DNA of 64,000 nt, taken from the NCBI RefSeq assembly GCF_009914755.1, contig NC_060927.1; one strand, given 5' to 3'. This DNA is from the human T2T-CHM13v2.0 reference genome, Homo sapiens. Every line of letters begins with the position of its first letter. Position 1 is the first letter of the stretch. A model generated the notes under the pieces. That model worked only from the letters and a program-made list of their open reading frames with translations, ran no database searches and had not been told where the DNA came from. A program made the translations under genes and the position numbers. Shown one piece after another: positions 14,346-27,482 of this stretch.

Positions 14346-16773
14346 AGCCATTTCCCAGATGATTTTAATATATCCCCTCCTGGCCCCAACACACACCCCC
14401 TCAGTTACAGATCTATGAAATTTTACCCCATTCAGATAAAAACCTATCTGCTGTAGGAATCATAATACATTCAATCAAATGTTCAGTTTACCAATATAAG
14501 ACATATCTATTTTTTCTCAAATCTCATTTGTAAACCCAAGTAAATTTCCTCTATACCAAATTCAAAATAAATCCAAAATATGCCATATAATATTTTTAAG
14601 TGATACATTCTCATTTTCACAGAAGGAATGCAAAACGAAAATAGTAGTGATTGTAAACTACATAAATATCAAGCACAATTGTTAAGTAAACACATTATCA
14701 TGAAACATTATGATAAAATACTTTTCCTTTAAAAATATAGTAACAGTTTTGTAAAAATCATTAAATGTTTACATTCAAATGTTAAACATATAATCTGGAT
14801 AATTATAATGATAGCAATGTTTTTAAAAAATATGGAAACTGGAGGAAACATGCTAAGATATAAACATTTCCTCTTTAAATTTTCTACAATGTATAATAAA
14901 TTATATAAACTGAGTTTTTAAAATAATTTTTAAAACCTGACAATGTACTCTCTTGTAGTGAATCTGTAACTAAAAAGACCTGCATGTTCATCAAAGATGA
15001 AATATTATGCACACCTTTCCAAGTACAATCCTCTTTATAGACTTTAAGCCAAATTTCTTGGCTCCTATGGTGGACTGTGTTAATTACTTTTATGGGTTTC
15101 TTGGCTATAGGGAACTGGATAGTTCAGTGGGCTCAATATGAGTGGATTAAAGTCCAATGACTGAAGGATTCAGTCATTTCTGTAGACATCTTGTAAACTT
15201 AGTAAGTTTCTGTCACATGGGCTGAAATTAGAGAAACAAATTCCAGGCTTGCACAAAAGATAAACCTAGGTCCATGTTGATAAAATATGCTGCAGCAGGA
15301 ATGTCCCATAGATACACAGTATCTTCATTATAATTACATGTTAACATATATGTATTTAATTGTATCTTTGCATAAAATCAATTCTAGAAGAAACTTAGGG
15401 AGTGATTAATGTTCAACAAATTACAAGGGCAAAACCTAAGATTTTTATTGTGTTGTTTTTATAACCTATATCAATATATTTATTATTTTATTAACATCAT
15501 GACTCCTTCAAAAGAAAAAGTGTACGGTAGAATATTTCATTCTTTTTAGCAAGTGTGAAGGATCTTGGAGGTTAGCTATTTGGCTTTAATATAAAATAAA
15601 AGATAAGATTAAATGAAAGCAAATTGATAGCCACAGTCCATACATAACCTTTATTAAATATATTAATTTAGTTCAAATTGTTTAAAGAGAATATCAGGTG
15701 TCTCCTTTTTAGCTTTCAAAAGGGAAATGTTTTTGTTATTTAGAGTAGAAAAATATCAGAACAATATTCTCATGATGTTTATATAAGACATTAAGGAAAC
15801 ATTACCATGCCAACTATGATTACCAAGAACGCCTCATTGTGTCATTTTACAGCTAGTCTTTTAGTATTTAAAATTGTAGTAAAACAAGATGTCATGTTGC
15901 ATACAGTTAAGTCACTTTGATAAGAAACTTTACATTTATGAAAACAGACTTTTAAAAAACAGATGTTATGTGCAAACAAACACAAATATAATTCAAGGAG
16001 TCGGCAGTGCATACATTTACACAATACATTTATACAAAAAAATCCCACCTACTCCAATTCCCATTTCCCATTTGAAAAGGCAACCACAGACATTAGATTT
16101 TTTTTCCTCCAATAGATTTTCTAAGCATATATAAACTAATACACATAGTTTTTATAAAATGGCAATCATCTATATACTTTTCTGTGTCTTTTTCTTTACA
16201 TTTATTAAAATGTCTTGATGTTAATTACATTTCAGTCCATATAACCTCATTCTTTTTAATGGCTGCAACATAATGTATTTAACTGGCTGCCTAATGACAA
16301 CAAGTTAAATCGTTTCCAAATTTAGGCTATTACCAAAAATGCTGAAAAAAATATTTTCTTCCTGTGGATCTGTGCATTAAATTATTGGAAGCAGAACTGA
16401 TGGATCAAAGTTTTGTACATTTTTAAAGATACTATCAAACTGCACTCTAAAGAATTTGAATCAATTTAGACCCCAGACAAAAAGTTACATTCCTAATACA
16501 GTATTTTATCAACATTTTTGTAGTAGTCAATCTGATATATAAAAAAAAAAATTGGTTTTATTTTCCATATATCTCATAATGAGGAGGCTGAGCCACTTTT
16601 ATTATTTGTTTGAAAGCAATTTGCAACTCTATTTCTGTGAACTGCCTGTTTGTCATTTGTTCATTTTTGTTAGCTTTTCATTTGTCTTCTTTATATGAAA
16701 GGTATTAAAATTTTATATTAAAATTATCTTTTCAAAACTTATCATTTGTCTTCACTGCATTTTTGTCATGCAG

Positions 16774-17065
16774 TTTTATTTTTGAGGCAGGGTCTCTTTC
16801 TGTTGCCCATGCTGGAGTGCAGTGGCATGATAATGGCTCACTGCAGCCTTGACCTCCCAGGCTCAATCAATTGTCCTACCTCAGCCTCCTGAGCAGCTGG
16901 CACTACAGGTGGGTGCCACCATGCCTGGCTAATTTTTAAATTTTTTTAGAGGTGGGGTATCGCCATGTTTCCCAAGCTGCTCTCAAACTCCTGGGCTAAA
17001 ACAATCTGCCCACCCCTGCCTCTCAAAGTACTGTGATAACGGGCATGAGCTACCGCCACCCAGCC
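16774..17065 (-). mobile_element. AluJ SINE
   Basis: Reverse Alu dimer with J-type diagnostics (GGCTCACTGCAGCCTTGACCTCCCAGGCTCAA). Confidence 0.9.
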
Positions 17066-17615
17066 TTACCATGCAATTAAAAACAATTTTTTTCCAACTT
17101 TAGATGTTTTTCTTTTTAAGGACTAGCATATCTATCTCTTTCATCCTGAAGAATGAGTACTATAAAAATGAATTTTAGCACAATGCTGGTGAACATATGA
17201 GTATGAACATTGCTGTATTTTTTGTTTATAAAAGTTAACTGGTTGTGAAATCCCTCAAGCAAAATTCTTCACTGCTGTTCTTGCAATAAACATCATAAAC
17301 ATCAATATTAAGGAAGGGGATTTTAAAGGAAGCAGCTGAAAGAGGACACTTATAAAAGAAAAAAAATGAGACAATATGAAAGGTTTTGTGAAATATATTT
17401 CTTCTGTAGTAAATGACAGCTAATATATTCAAGAAGGCAATGTTCTGTATAAATTACTATCACTATCAATTTTTCCTTATACACATGCATACATTATAGA
17501 AATGTGTAAAACAACATCACTACTCATAATAATATAATTCGGCTGTGTGTAAAACATCACTACTCACAATATAATTCAGCCTATATTCCAAATTATTTAC
17601 AAAAATATAATTACT

Positions 17616-17651
17616 ACACTACACACACACAGACACACACACACACACACA
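17616..17651. repeat. (CA)n microsatellite, interrupted
   Basis: ACACTACACACACACAGACACACACACACACACACA. Confidence 0.9.
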
Positions 17652-19704
17652 GTGTTTCAACTTGTTGTTTCATTTTGTGTTTTAACTTTAACTTATGTTT
17701 TGGACATATTTCCAAGTTAGAACATTTAGAGCTACAATGTTTTAAACTGTATATTATTCCACCTTTGAATATACCATACATTATGTAACCAATTCCCAAT
17801 CAATGGCTACAGAGCTGTATCCATGTTTTCTACATTGTAAACAATCCTACTTTAAACATCTTTGACAGAGATTTGTATTTGTACACTTGGGAGCATGTTT
17901 TGCTGGATAAATTCCAGTTAAGTAAATGAACATTTGTAAATTTGAACAGCTTTAACCCTAAAACAGCTTCACCAATTCACATTTCCACTAAAAGTTTGTA
18001 AAATTATATTTTCCTCATTGCATTTTCAACAACACCTAAAGTTATCAGACTTTCAAAATTTGTAAAATTAATGCAAAAATTGATGTCTTACTTCATATAT
18101 GTTTTGGATAATCAGTGTGGCTAACAGTATTCACTCTGCTTATTATTTGCATTTCTTTTGCTTTGAGTTGACTCTTTTTATCCTTAACTGGGTCATTGAT
18201 TTTGAAGGTCATTAATAAGATTTCTAGGTATATTAGCAAAATTATCTTTTTTTTTCTATTAACAATGTCCCCAGTTTGTATCTTTTTTGGGGGATGCAAA
18301 TGTTAATAAAAATCATGTCCCTAAATGGGTCTAGGTTTTTGTATTATGCTTAGAAATGCTTTTCCCACATGCAATGTGCACAAATATCTATTCAGGCTTT
18401 CTTTTTCCCTTTTTAGGCTGCATATGTTTAGATTTAAACTAGTAAGCCATCTAGACTACATTTGTCTATTAACAGTGAGGAAAAGTTCCAGTTTTATTAT
18501 TAGGTTTCCCAAACAAATTCCTGCTTGTCCAAGCACATTCAATTAAATGTTATTTCTTCTTCCCACCCAGTGATTTAAAATGTATGCTTATCAAATGCCA
18601 GCTTTCCTTTTATTCTTCCATGTCTCTTCAGTTTCATTTACACATCTGGTAGTAGGTCTACTGCACTGTCTTTTAATCACCACAGTTTTGTAACACCTTT
18701 TATTATATGAAGAAGTCTCCACTATATATATGTGTGTATGTATAATATTAAATGTTAAAATCATATATAATATATAAAATAAGACATAATTATATATTTT
18801 GTATTTTATTATTTGTAATATATTATACATAACGTTAATATGTTTGTTCTTCCACATGAGCTAAACAGTACAGTTAAAAACAGTAACAAAAATATTCAGT
18901 TAGGATTCTACTTATACGTTGTTTTAGAGAAATGATATCTTTACCTAGAAGAATGTTATGTATTTTATTGGATTCTCATACATACCTTTTTATATCTTCT
19001 TAAAAATAATTTCTCAATTGTGTGTTATTTCATGCCAAACTGAATTTTACTTTATTTTACTGTATTATCTAGTTTATGTACAAACATCAATTGACTTCTA
19101 TAAATTAAGTATGATGCAATTGGAAACTTTGATAAATTCACTTATGCTTCCCATCAAATTTCAGTGTTTCCTATGGACATTAAGGTATACACTCACATCA
19201 TGCATAAAGTGATAATATGTTCCCCTACCTGTTGTCACTCGCCCATAGAATTCACAACCATGTCACAGAGTGTAATGATTAGCATTCTTGTCTTTTTCAA
19301 ATTTAATGGAAATGCTGCTAGTATTTCACAGCTATCCATGAGAGCAGATAGACAGATGGAGGTTGTGTTCTATTACTATTACAGGAGAATGCAATTTAAA
19401 TTAGGCAATCTATTCCCCTTTAAGCAGTATCAAGTTTGGTGCATTATATCTTCACAAGGACTTATTTTGGTGGCTCCATTCTAAATGCAGTATAAAATTA
19501 AAAACTAAATTGTAGATCCTAAGAGAAGATAAGGCCACAAAATAAAATCCTAAGTCTTTAAATATGAACGTTTTTAAAAACAAATCAAGCACAGCCCCAA
19601 ATCGCCCCAGTTTGCCAGAATTGGAAATAAGAGAGAGGGATTCTCTCCTGTCACCGCCTCCACTCGCTGAGCAATTAAAAAGTTACTATAAATAGCGTTT
19701 TTAC

Positions 19705-19830
19705 CTGCGAGTGGCCTGGCCTGAGTCCGTGAGAGCCGCGCCGTAGAAACGCCAGAGACCCATGAGAAACCCAATCAAGCGAGACCTGTCACGCAGAGCG
19801 AAACGAAAGGGCCGCCCCCGTGAAGTGCAG
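19705..19830 (-). other. Candidate alternative first exon B (probably 5'UTR; 5' boundary uncertain)
   Basis: Minus-strand donor GCAG|GTAAAA at 19705/19704, at the downstream edge of the island. Confidence 0.5.
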
Positions 19831-20107
19831 CCAGGACCCCCATCCCTGGGCAGGAAACTGCTCGCTCCCAAACCCTCTGCGTCTGCAGTGCAGACGCGCG
19901 CCCGACACCACGAAACTTCTGCAACCACCTGAGGATGCGACGCGAGCGCAGTGTCCGGGAACTGCTAGCGCAGGACGCCGCGCAACCTCCGCGCCTGCCC
20001 GCAGGCACCGCGGCCTCGGGCCTCCCCTGACGACGCCCTCGGCCCCGCAGCCCGGGCGCCCGCGCCACCCTGTCCTGCTCTGCGCCCGCCTGTCCAGCCC
20101 CACTCAC

Positions 20108-20230
20108 CGCCTGCCCCGCAGAATGCTGGGCACCGGGGACGCCAGACGCCGGGTCTAGTTGTACTGGCAGAGGAAAGGGAAAGGAAAGGAGGCAGGGAAG
20201 GGAGACGGAGAGGATTTTTCAAGTTATAAA
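20108..20230 (-). other. Candidate non-coding first exon A (5' boundary uncertain)
   Basis: Minus-strand donor GCG|GTGAGT at 20108/20107, preceded by a pyrimidine-rich leader with no ATG. Confidence 0.65.
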
Positions 20231-20556
20231 CAAAGTAAGCGCGCGGAAGGGAGGGCTAGGCGCGGGTTCTGGGGGCGGGTCCGGCACGCCTGGACCCTCC
20301 TTCCCCGCGCGCGGCTTCCCCGTCTCGGACCCCGCCCCGCGCTGGGAGAGCCGCCAGCCCGGGGGAGCGTCTTCCTGGAAGAGGTGGGGCACCCTGAAGT
20401 CCGCTGAAACCTAAAAGCCGAGGGGGAGGAAGAAATGAAGAAAATAAGTTGTCACTACTCTAATAAGAGGTGAAAGAAAAGATAAAAGCCAGCCCACGGT
20501 CACTTCCAATCAGAGGGGCAGGTTGCAGGGCCTGGGAAAGGGAGCTTTGTTCATAG

Positions 20557-20913
<357 letters not shown>

Positions 20914-21574
20914 TCAAGAGCCTTTTTGATTTGCATTTGCGCCCACCCCCAGGTCCTTGGCTTGGTGATTTAGCCTTGGCAATGCCGTGCTGGCTGGAAA
21001 CACTTGGGCATAGGGCCCAGAAATTCTGTTTTCTTTTCCACAGAATTGGGGGAGGCCAATTTGATCTTGGAGGGAAGGCGGGAGAGACGCCAATAAAGGG
21101 GAAAGGGAGCAGGTTGCCCATGTTTTCTGACATTGGGAGAAAAATGCCATTTGCTTATTACTGTTAGGCACAAATATTTCTTTCAGACCAATGGGATTCA
21201 GTTCTGTGGTGGTGCTTGGAGAGAAGCACAATACACTGACAGGAAGTGGGAGAACTGAAGGTCCTCTGACCTTATAAAGAATCAGAACTGGACAGAAGTA
21301 AGCTTGATTAAGCTCTGAGGAGTACTTGGCAGAACCCCATTGTGGGAGAAGGTTGGAAAGGGGAAGGGATGTGGGAGTGGAGTTCTAGAATTTTATATTT
21401 TTCTTTGTATGTGTGTTATTTGTTAATATTCATGTGAGAATAGATTAAAAAATTCATACTGTTCTTCTCAGTAATAATTGCACAGAACATTTCTCAGATG
21501 CAGACATAGTGTTTTACTGAAAGCATAAAACAAAGAAACTGGTGGTGAAACTAAATTATAATAGCATGTGTTAC

Positions 21575-22061
21575 TGTTGGGAGCAAGCCCCCCAAAATCT
21601 GGCCATAAACTGGCCCCAAGACTGGCCATAAACAAAATCTCTGCAGCACTGTAACATGTTCATAATGGCCCTAATGCCCAAGCTGGAAGGTTGTGGGTTT
21701 ACGGGAGTGAGGGTGAGGAACACCTGGCCCGCTCAGGGCGAAAACCGCTTAAAGGCATTGTTAAGCCACAAACAATGAGCATGAGTGGTCTGTGTCTTAA
21801 GGGCGTGTTCCTGCTGCAGTTAATCCGGCCCATCCCTTCGTTTCCCTTAAGGGATACTTTTAGTTAATTTAACATCTATAGAAACAATGCTAATGACTGG
21901 TTTGCTGTTAATACGTGGGTAAATCTCTGTTCGGGGGTGTCAGCTCTGAAGGCTATGACACCCCTGATTTCCCACTTGACACCTCTATATTTCTGTGTGT
22001 GTGTCTTTAATTCCTCTAGCGCCGCTGGGTTAGGGTCTCCCCGACTGAGCTGGTCTCGGCA
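21575..22061 (+). mobile_element. MER9 (HERV-K HML-3) solo LTR
   Basis: TGTTGGGAGCAAGCCCCCCAAAATCTGGCCATAAACTGGCCCC...GCTGGTCTCGGCA; 6-bp TSD TGTTAC (21569-21574 / 22062-22067). Confidence 0.92.
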
Positions 22062-22744
22062 TGTTACCTTTGTTTAAAATTTATGAAAGAGGCCAAGTAA
22101 TTGAGCTTATGAATGTAAACATCCACAGTGGCCACGTGAAGATACCAAAAATTTCAAGAGCAAAACATGTCTTGTGAAACATATTGCTTTGAGGGATTAA
22201 AATAAAATCAAGTATGTCATATACCCCAAATCACAACTTTCGAGGGGAAGAAGAAGAACTCAATTTCCTGTTTTTCTGAAATTTCCTGATCTGATGACTT
22301 TCCAACCTGGACATTTCGAGGGATGACAAATTAACTACTTTTTATACTAATCCCATTTTAGTTGCTCTGTTGCTCCAAGTGTATTTCTTCGTGTTATTTC
22401 CTTTTCACTGGTTGTTCTTAGGTTACCACAGTCTACTTAGAGTTAATAATGTACCACTTCACATAAAGTTAAGAAATTTATAATTACTTTACAGTTCCTC
22501 AATTGTATGTGCAAATGCTATCAGATTTTACATACCCATTAATTATAGACTTTACACAACAAAATGTTTTAAGTTTTGCTTAACTAGTGCATTGTCTTTT
22601 ACAGAAATTAAAAGAAGAAAATAGCTTTTCTATATTTCCACATATACACAATTTCCTGTGCTCCTCGTTTTTTTTCTTATAGATCTTAATTTCACCTATT
22701 ATCACTTACCTTCAGGCTAGAGACTTTCCTATAGTAGTTCTTGT

Positions 22745-23040
22745 TATTTTTGAGACAGTGTCTCACTCTGGTTGCCTAGGCTGGAGTACAGTGGCACAAC
22801 CTCAGCCCACTGCGGCCTCGACCTCCTGGGCTCAGGTGATTCTTCCACCTCAGCGTCCCAAGTAGCTGAGATTACAGGCACATGCCACCATGCCCAGCTA
22901 ATTTTTTTTTTTTTTTTGGAGGGGGGAGACAAGATTTGGCTTTGTTACATGGACTGGTCTAAAACTCCTGGATTCAAGCAGTCTGCCTGCCTTGACCTAC
23001 CAAAGTGCTGGGATACAGGTGTGAGCCACTATACCTAGTC
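22745..23040 (-). mobile_element. AluJ SINE
   Basis: Reverse Alu dimer; degenerate TSD CCTATAGTAGTTCTTG / CCTTTAGTATTTCTTG. Confidence 0.9.
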
Positions 23041-23726
23041 CCTTTAGTATTTCTTGTAGTGCAGAACAGCTACAGACAAAATCTTTTTAGATTTTTAAAT
23101 CTAAAAATGTTTTTATTTTGTATGAATTTTGTAATGATATTTTTACTGGTTATAGAATTCTGGGTGTACAGATTTTTTTTATTTTATTCCCCAACAATTT
23201 TGACCTCCATTTTTATCTGACAGAATGCATATTGTTGGTTTTAAGAATAACTTTTTATCATTGGTTTTTCTGCAGTTAGTCTATGATGTATGCTTCTTTC
23301 TGTATTCTACTGTGGTTTTCTGAGTTTCACAGATACATAAGTAGATATTATTCACAAAATTTGAAAAACTTGCAGTCATTATTTCTTTACTGCACCATAC
23401 CCATTTCTCTCTCTTCTCCTTCTGGAAATTCAGTTCAATTAATTGTATGTTGGACCATATGATACTGACTCACAGCTCACCAAGACTTTATTTACATTTT
23501 TTTGATTTTTTTCTCTTTAAGTTAAATAATTTCTATGGATCCGTCTCAAAAATATGCTGACCCTTATTTCAATCTACTGTTAAGTCCATTACAGTATTAA
23601 CACTTTTCAGTGCTAGTATTTCTATTTGGTTCATTTGTGCAGCTTCCATGTCTTTTGATGAGATTTCACATCTGTTCATTCACTAAGACCATCATTTTCT
23701 TAACTTTTTAACTTATAATAACTGTT

Positions 23727-24226
23727 TGATAAGGTTTGGATCTGTGTCCCTCCCAAATTTCATGTTGAAATGTAATCCCCAGTGTTAAAGGTGGCCTGTT
23801 GGGAGGTGTTTGGATTATAAGGGAGAATCTCCTGTGAATGGCTTAGTGCCATTGCCTTAGTGATGAGTGTGTTCTTGCTCTGGTAGTTCCTGTGAGATCT
23901 GGTTATTTAAAAGAGTGTGTCCTCTCCCCTCTCTGTCTCACTCCAGCTCTTGCCATTAATACACCTGCTCCCCGTTTGCTTTCTGCCGTGATTGTAAGCT
24001 TCTTGATGCCTCACTAGAGGCAGATGGTATCACTGTGCTTCCTGTGCAGCCTGCAGAACCATTTAAACCTGTACAGCCTGCAGAGCCAATTAAACCTCTT
24101 TTCTTTATAAATTACCCAGTCTCAAGTGCTTCCTGTACAGCCTGCAGAACCAATTAAACCTCTTTTCTTTATAAATTACTCAGTCTCAAGTATTCCTTTA
24201 TAGCAATGCAAGAACACCCTAACATA
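23727..24226 (+). mobile_element. MST-type MaLR solo LTR with an internally duplicated 3' region
   Basis: TGATAAGGTTTGGATCTGTGTCCC start; TSD CTGTT (23722-23726 / 24227-24231). Confidence 0.9.
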
Positions 24227-24923
24227 CTGTTTTACTACTTTATATCAACATGTGTTTCACCTTGTCATGTATTTCTATGGGCTGGTTTTTTTTTTTTTTT
24301 TTTTTGGATGATGAGTCATGATTTTCTTTTTCTTACAATGGATATTACTTTTTTATTATGCACAGGGCATTGCAAATAATATATCTGAGTTATGTCTTCT
24401 TCCTCTAAGGAGAAAGCATTCTCTGGCAGGCATTTGAGGGCTGATCACCTTTAACATCCGGAGCCATTGGTTTATACTTTAAGGCATGACTATTGAATAC
24501 CTGAAGATTTTACTAGGCTCCTCTATCCTTTGTGTTACTCAGATTCCAAACAGTATTTCATTTGCTGTATACAGCAATTGAAATCTCTGTCCAGTCCTTT
24601 CAGCTGCTGCCTTCTCCTTTCTGCTGGCATCATTGGAGCGTCCCCAATAGACACACAGTTCCACGGTCAGTCAAGGATTTGAGGACTTTTAATTGGCAGG
24701 TATTAATATTATTGTCTCTGTGTCTCCCTACTTTCTGGGATTACTCTTCATTTATAAGCACCCTGGTAGCCTGAAATCTCTACACCGATATCACAACTCA
24801 GTAATTCTGATGCATCCTACTTGAGTTCTAGCTACGTTACATCTGAGAACTGGGAGTACCCACAGGGAAAGTGTCTATAAGCGTGGGTCTCACTCAGTCA
24901 TTGTAATTCCCTTCTTCACTAGT

Positions 24924-27482
24924 TGAATTAAGACATTTTTGCATCACCACAAAAAAATACCTGAGGCTGGGTAATTTAAAAGAATAGTGATTTAGTTGGC
25001 TCGCAGTTCTGCAGCTTATACAGGAAGCACCTAAATCTGGTCTGCTTCTGGGGAGGACTCAGGGAGTTCTTACTCATGGAAGAAGGCAAAGGAGGAGTAG
25101 GCATGTCACATGGGAAAAGGGAAAGGTCCCAGACTCTTTTAAAGTCTTTAAGTTCTCACATGAATTAATTGAGCAAAAAGTCAGTTATCAGTAAGGGGCT
25201 GGTCTAAACCATTCATCAGGGACCCATCCTCATCATGTAATCACCTCCCACCAGGCCCCACCTCTAATATTGGGAATCACATTTCAGCAGGAGATTTTGA
25301 GGGGACAAATATCCAAACCATATCATTCTACTCCTTGCCCCTCAAAACTTATGTCCTTTTCAAATTTTAAAATACAATATTGCCTTCACAATAGTTCCCC
25401 AAAGTTATAACTTTTTCCAGTATTACTCAAAAGTCCCAAATTCCAAGTCACAAGTCCAAAGTTTCATATGGAGTTGTTTTTTTTTTCCACCTATGACAGT
25501 GAGATTAAAATCAAGTTATTTACCTACAAGATACTGTGGTGGTACAGGCATTGGGTAAACATTCCCATTCCAAAAGGGAGAAATTGGCCAAACGAAAGGG
25601 GCAATAGGCCCCACACAAGTCTGCATCCCAACAGAGCAGTCATTGAATCTCAAAGCTCCAAAATCTCCTTTGACTCCATGTCCCACATCCAGGGCACACT
25701 GATGCAAGTAGTGGGCTCCCAACACCTTGGGCAGCTCCACCCCTGTGGCATTCCAGGATGTAGCCCCCATGGCTACTCTCATAGGTTGGAGTTGGTTGCC
25801 TGTTTTGGTTCCAGGATGAGGTTGCAAGCTGTCAGTGGCTCTACCATTCTGGGGTCTGAAGGCTGGCAGCCCCCTCCCCACAGCTCCATTAGGTAGTGCC
25901 CTCGTGGGGACTCTGTGTTGGGGCTCCAACCCCACATTTCCCACAGCTCCATTAGGTAGTGCCCTCGTGGGGCCTCTGTGTTGGGGCTCCAACCCCACAT
26001 TTCCCCTCTGTGCTGTCCTAGTAGAGATTCTCTGTGAGGACTGTGCCCCTGTAGCAGGCTCCTGCCCGGGCAGCCAAGCTTTCTTATACATCCTCTGAAA
26101 TCGAGTGGAAAGCTGCCAAGTCTTCTTCAAACTTGCATACCATGGGCCTGCATACTTAACACCACATGGATGCTGCCAAGACTTATGGCTTATCCCCTCC
26201 AAAGCAATGGCTCAAGCTATGCCAGAGGCTCTTTGAACTCTAGCAGCTGGAGAGGCCAGGATTTGGGGAACAATGTCCAGAGGTTGCACAGGGCAGCAGG
26301 GCCATGAGCCTGCTCCACTAAACAATTTTTTCTGCCTGGGCCTCTGAACCTTTGATGGGAGGGTCTACCATAGAGATTTCTCAAATGCCTGCTAGATCTT
26401 TTCCTCATTGTCTTGGATATTAGCACTTGGTTCCCTTTTAGTCATGCTAATCTCTCTAACAAGTTGCTGCTCTGCAACCTGCATATATTTCTCTCTTGAA
26501 AATGCGTTTCCCTTTTTAGCCACATGGCCAGGTTCTGAATTTTCCAAATGTTTAAACTTTGCTTCCCTTTTATATTTAAGTTCCAACTTTAAATCACTTC
26601 TTTGCTCCAGTACCTGATGGTAAACTGTTAGAAACAGCCAGACCACATCTTGAATGCTTTGCTGCTTAGAAATTTCTTCCACCAGATAGCCTCCTAGGTC
26701 ATTACTCTTGAGTTCAAACTTCCACAGAACCCTAAGTCATGGACACACTGCAGCTAAGTTCTTTGCGAGGGCGTAACGGGGGCTACCTTCACTCCTGTTC
26801 CCAATAAATTCCTTATTTCCATCTGAGACCTCCTCAGTCTGGACTTCACTGTCCATATTTTAATCAGCATTTTGATCACAGCCATTTCACCATTTAAGAA
26901 GTTCCAAACTTCCCCTCATCTTTCTGTCTTGTTCTGAACCCTCTAAACTCTTCCAGCCTCTGCCCATTACCTAGTTCCAAAGCCATTTCCACATTTTCAG
27001 GTATCTTTATAGCAATACTGCACTCCTGGGACCAATAGTCTGTATCAACATGATGTTTTTGTGTTGCTCCAAAGACATATCTGAAGCTGGCTGAATTATA
27101 AAGAAAAGAGATTTAATTGGCTCATAGTTCTGCAGGCTGTACAGGAAACATGGTGCCTGCATCTTCTTGGCTGCTGGTGAGGCCTCCAGAGCCTTTTCTC
27201 ATGGCAAAAGGCAAAGCGGGGGCAGACACATCACATGGTGAATGAGGGAACAAGAGAGAGAAGGGGGAAGTCCCGTACTCTTTTAAACAACCAGATCTCA
27301 TGTGAAATAACTGAGTAAGTACACACTTATCAAGGAGATGGTGCTAAACCGTTCATGAGGAGGTGGGACCTACCCTCGACCCACCCTCATGATCCAATCA
27401 TCACCGACTAAGCCCTACTTTCAACATTGGGAATCGCATTTCAACATGAGATTTGGAGAGGACAGATATCCAGACAATATTA
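24924..27482 (-). mobile_element. Full-length MST-type MaLR element (LTR 24924-25325, internal 25326-27040, LTR 27041-27482)
   Basis: Two homologous LTRs flank the MaLR internal sequence; near-TSD CTAGT / CCAGT. ORF-track hits 25516-26682 lie in the decayed internal region. Confidence 0.9.

Larger units (their letters stand above)
19600..20420. promoter_or_regulatory. CpG-island promoter
   Basis: Abrupt GC- and CpG-rich block in an AT-rich background; GC boxes (GGGGCGGG, CCCGCCCC), GCGCGC motifs, CCAAT at ~19772 and ~20506. Confidence 0.92.
22330..24900 (-). mobile_element. Ancient L1M fragments interrupted by an Alu and an MST LTR
   Basis: T-rich decayed L1 antisense motifs (GGTTATAGAATTCTGGGT, GTCATTATTTCTT, TCTCTCTCTTCTCCTTCTGGAA). 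Confidence 0.6.

Noticed and set aside
19574-20407. Cluster of overlapping GC-rich ORFs (66-112 aa) on both strands
   Set aside because: Expected from stop-codon scarcity in a CpG island; most use non-ATG starts, resemble no protein family I recognise, and cross apparent splice donors.
24035-24195. Direct repeats suggestive of a CRISPR-like array
   Set aside because: There are no unique spacers and no cas genes, and the context is eukaryotic; these are local duplications within an LTR.
25516-26202. 228-aa ORF as a novel gene
   Set aside because: It lies wholly within MaLR internal sequence and is lengthened by the 63-bp duplication; nothing indicates domestication.
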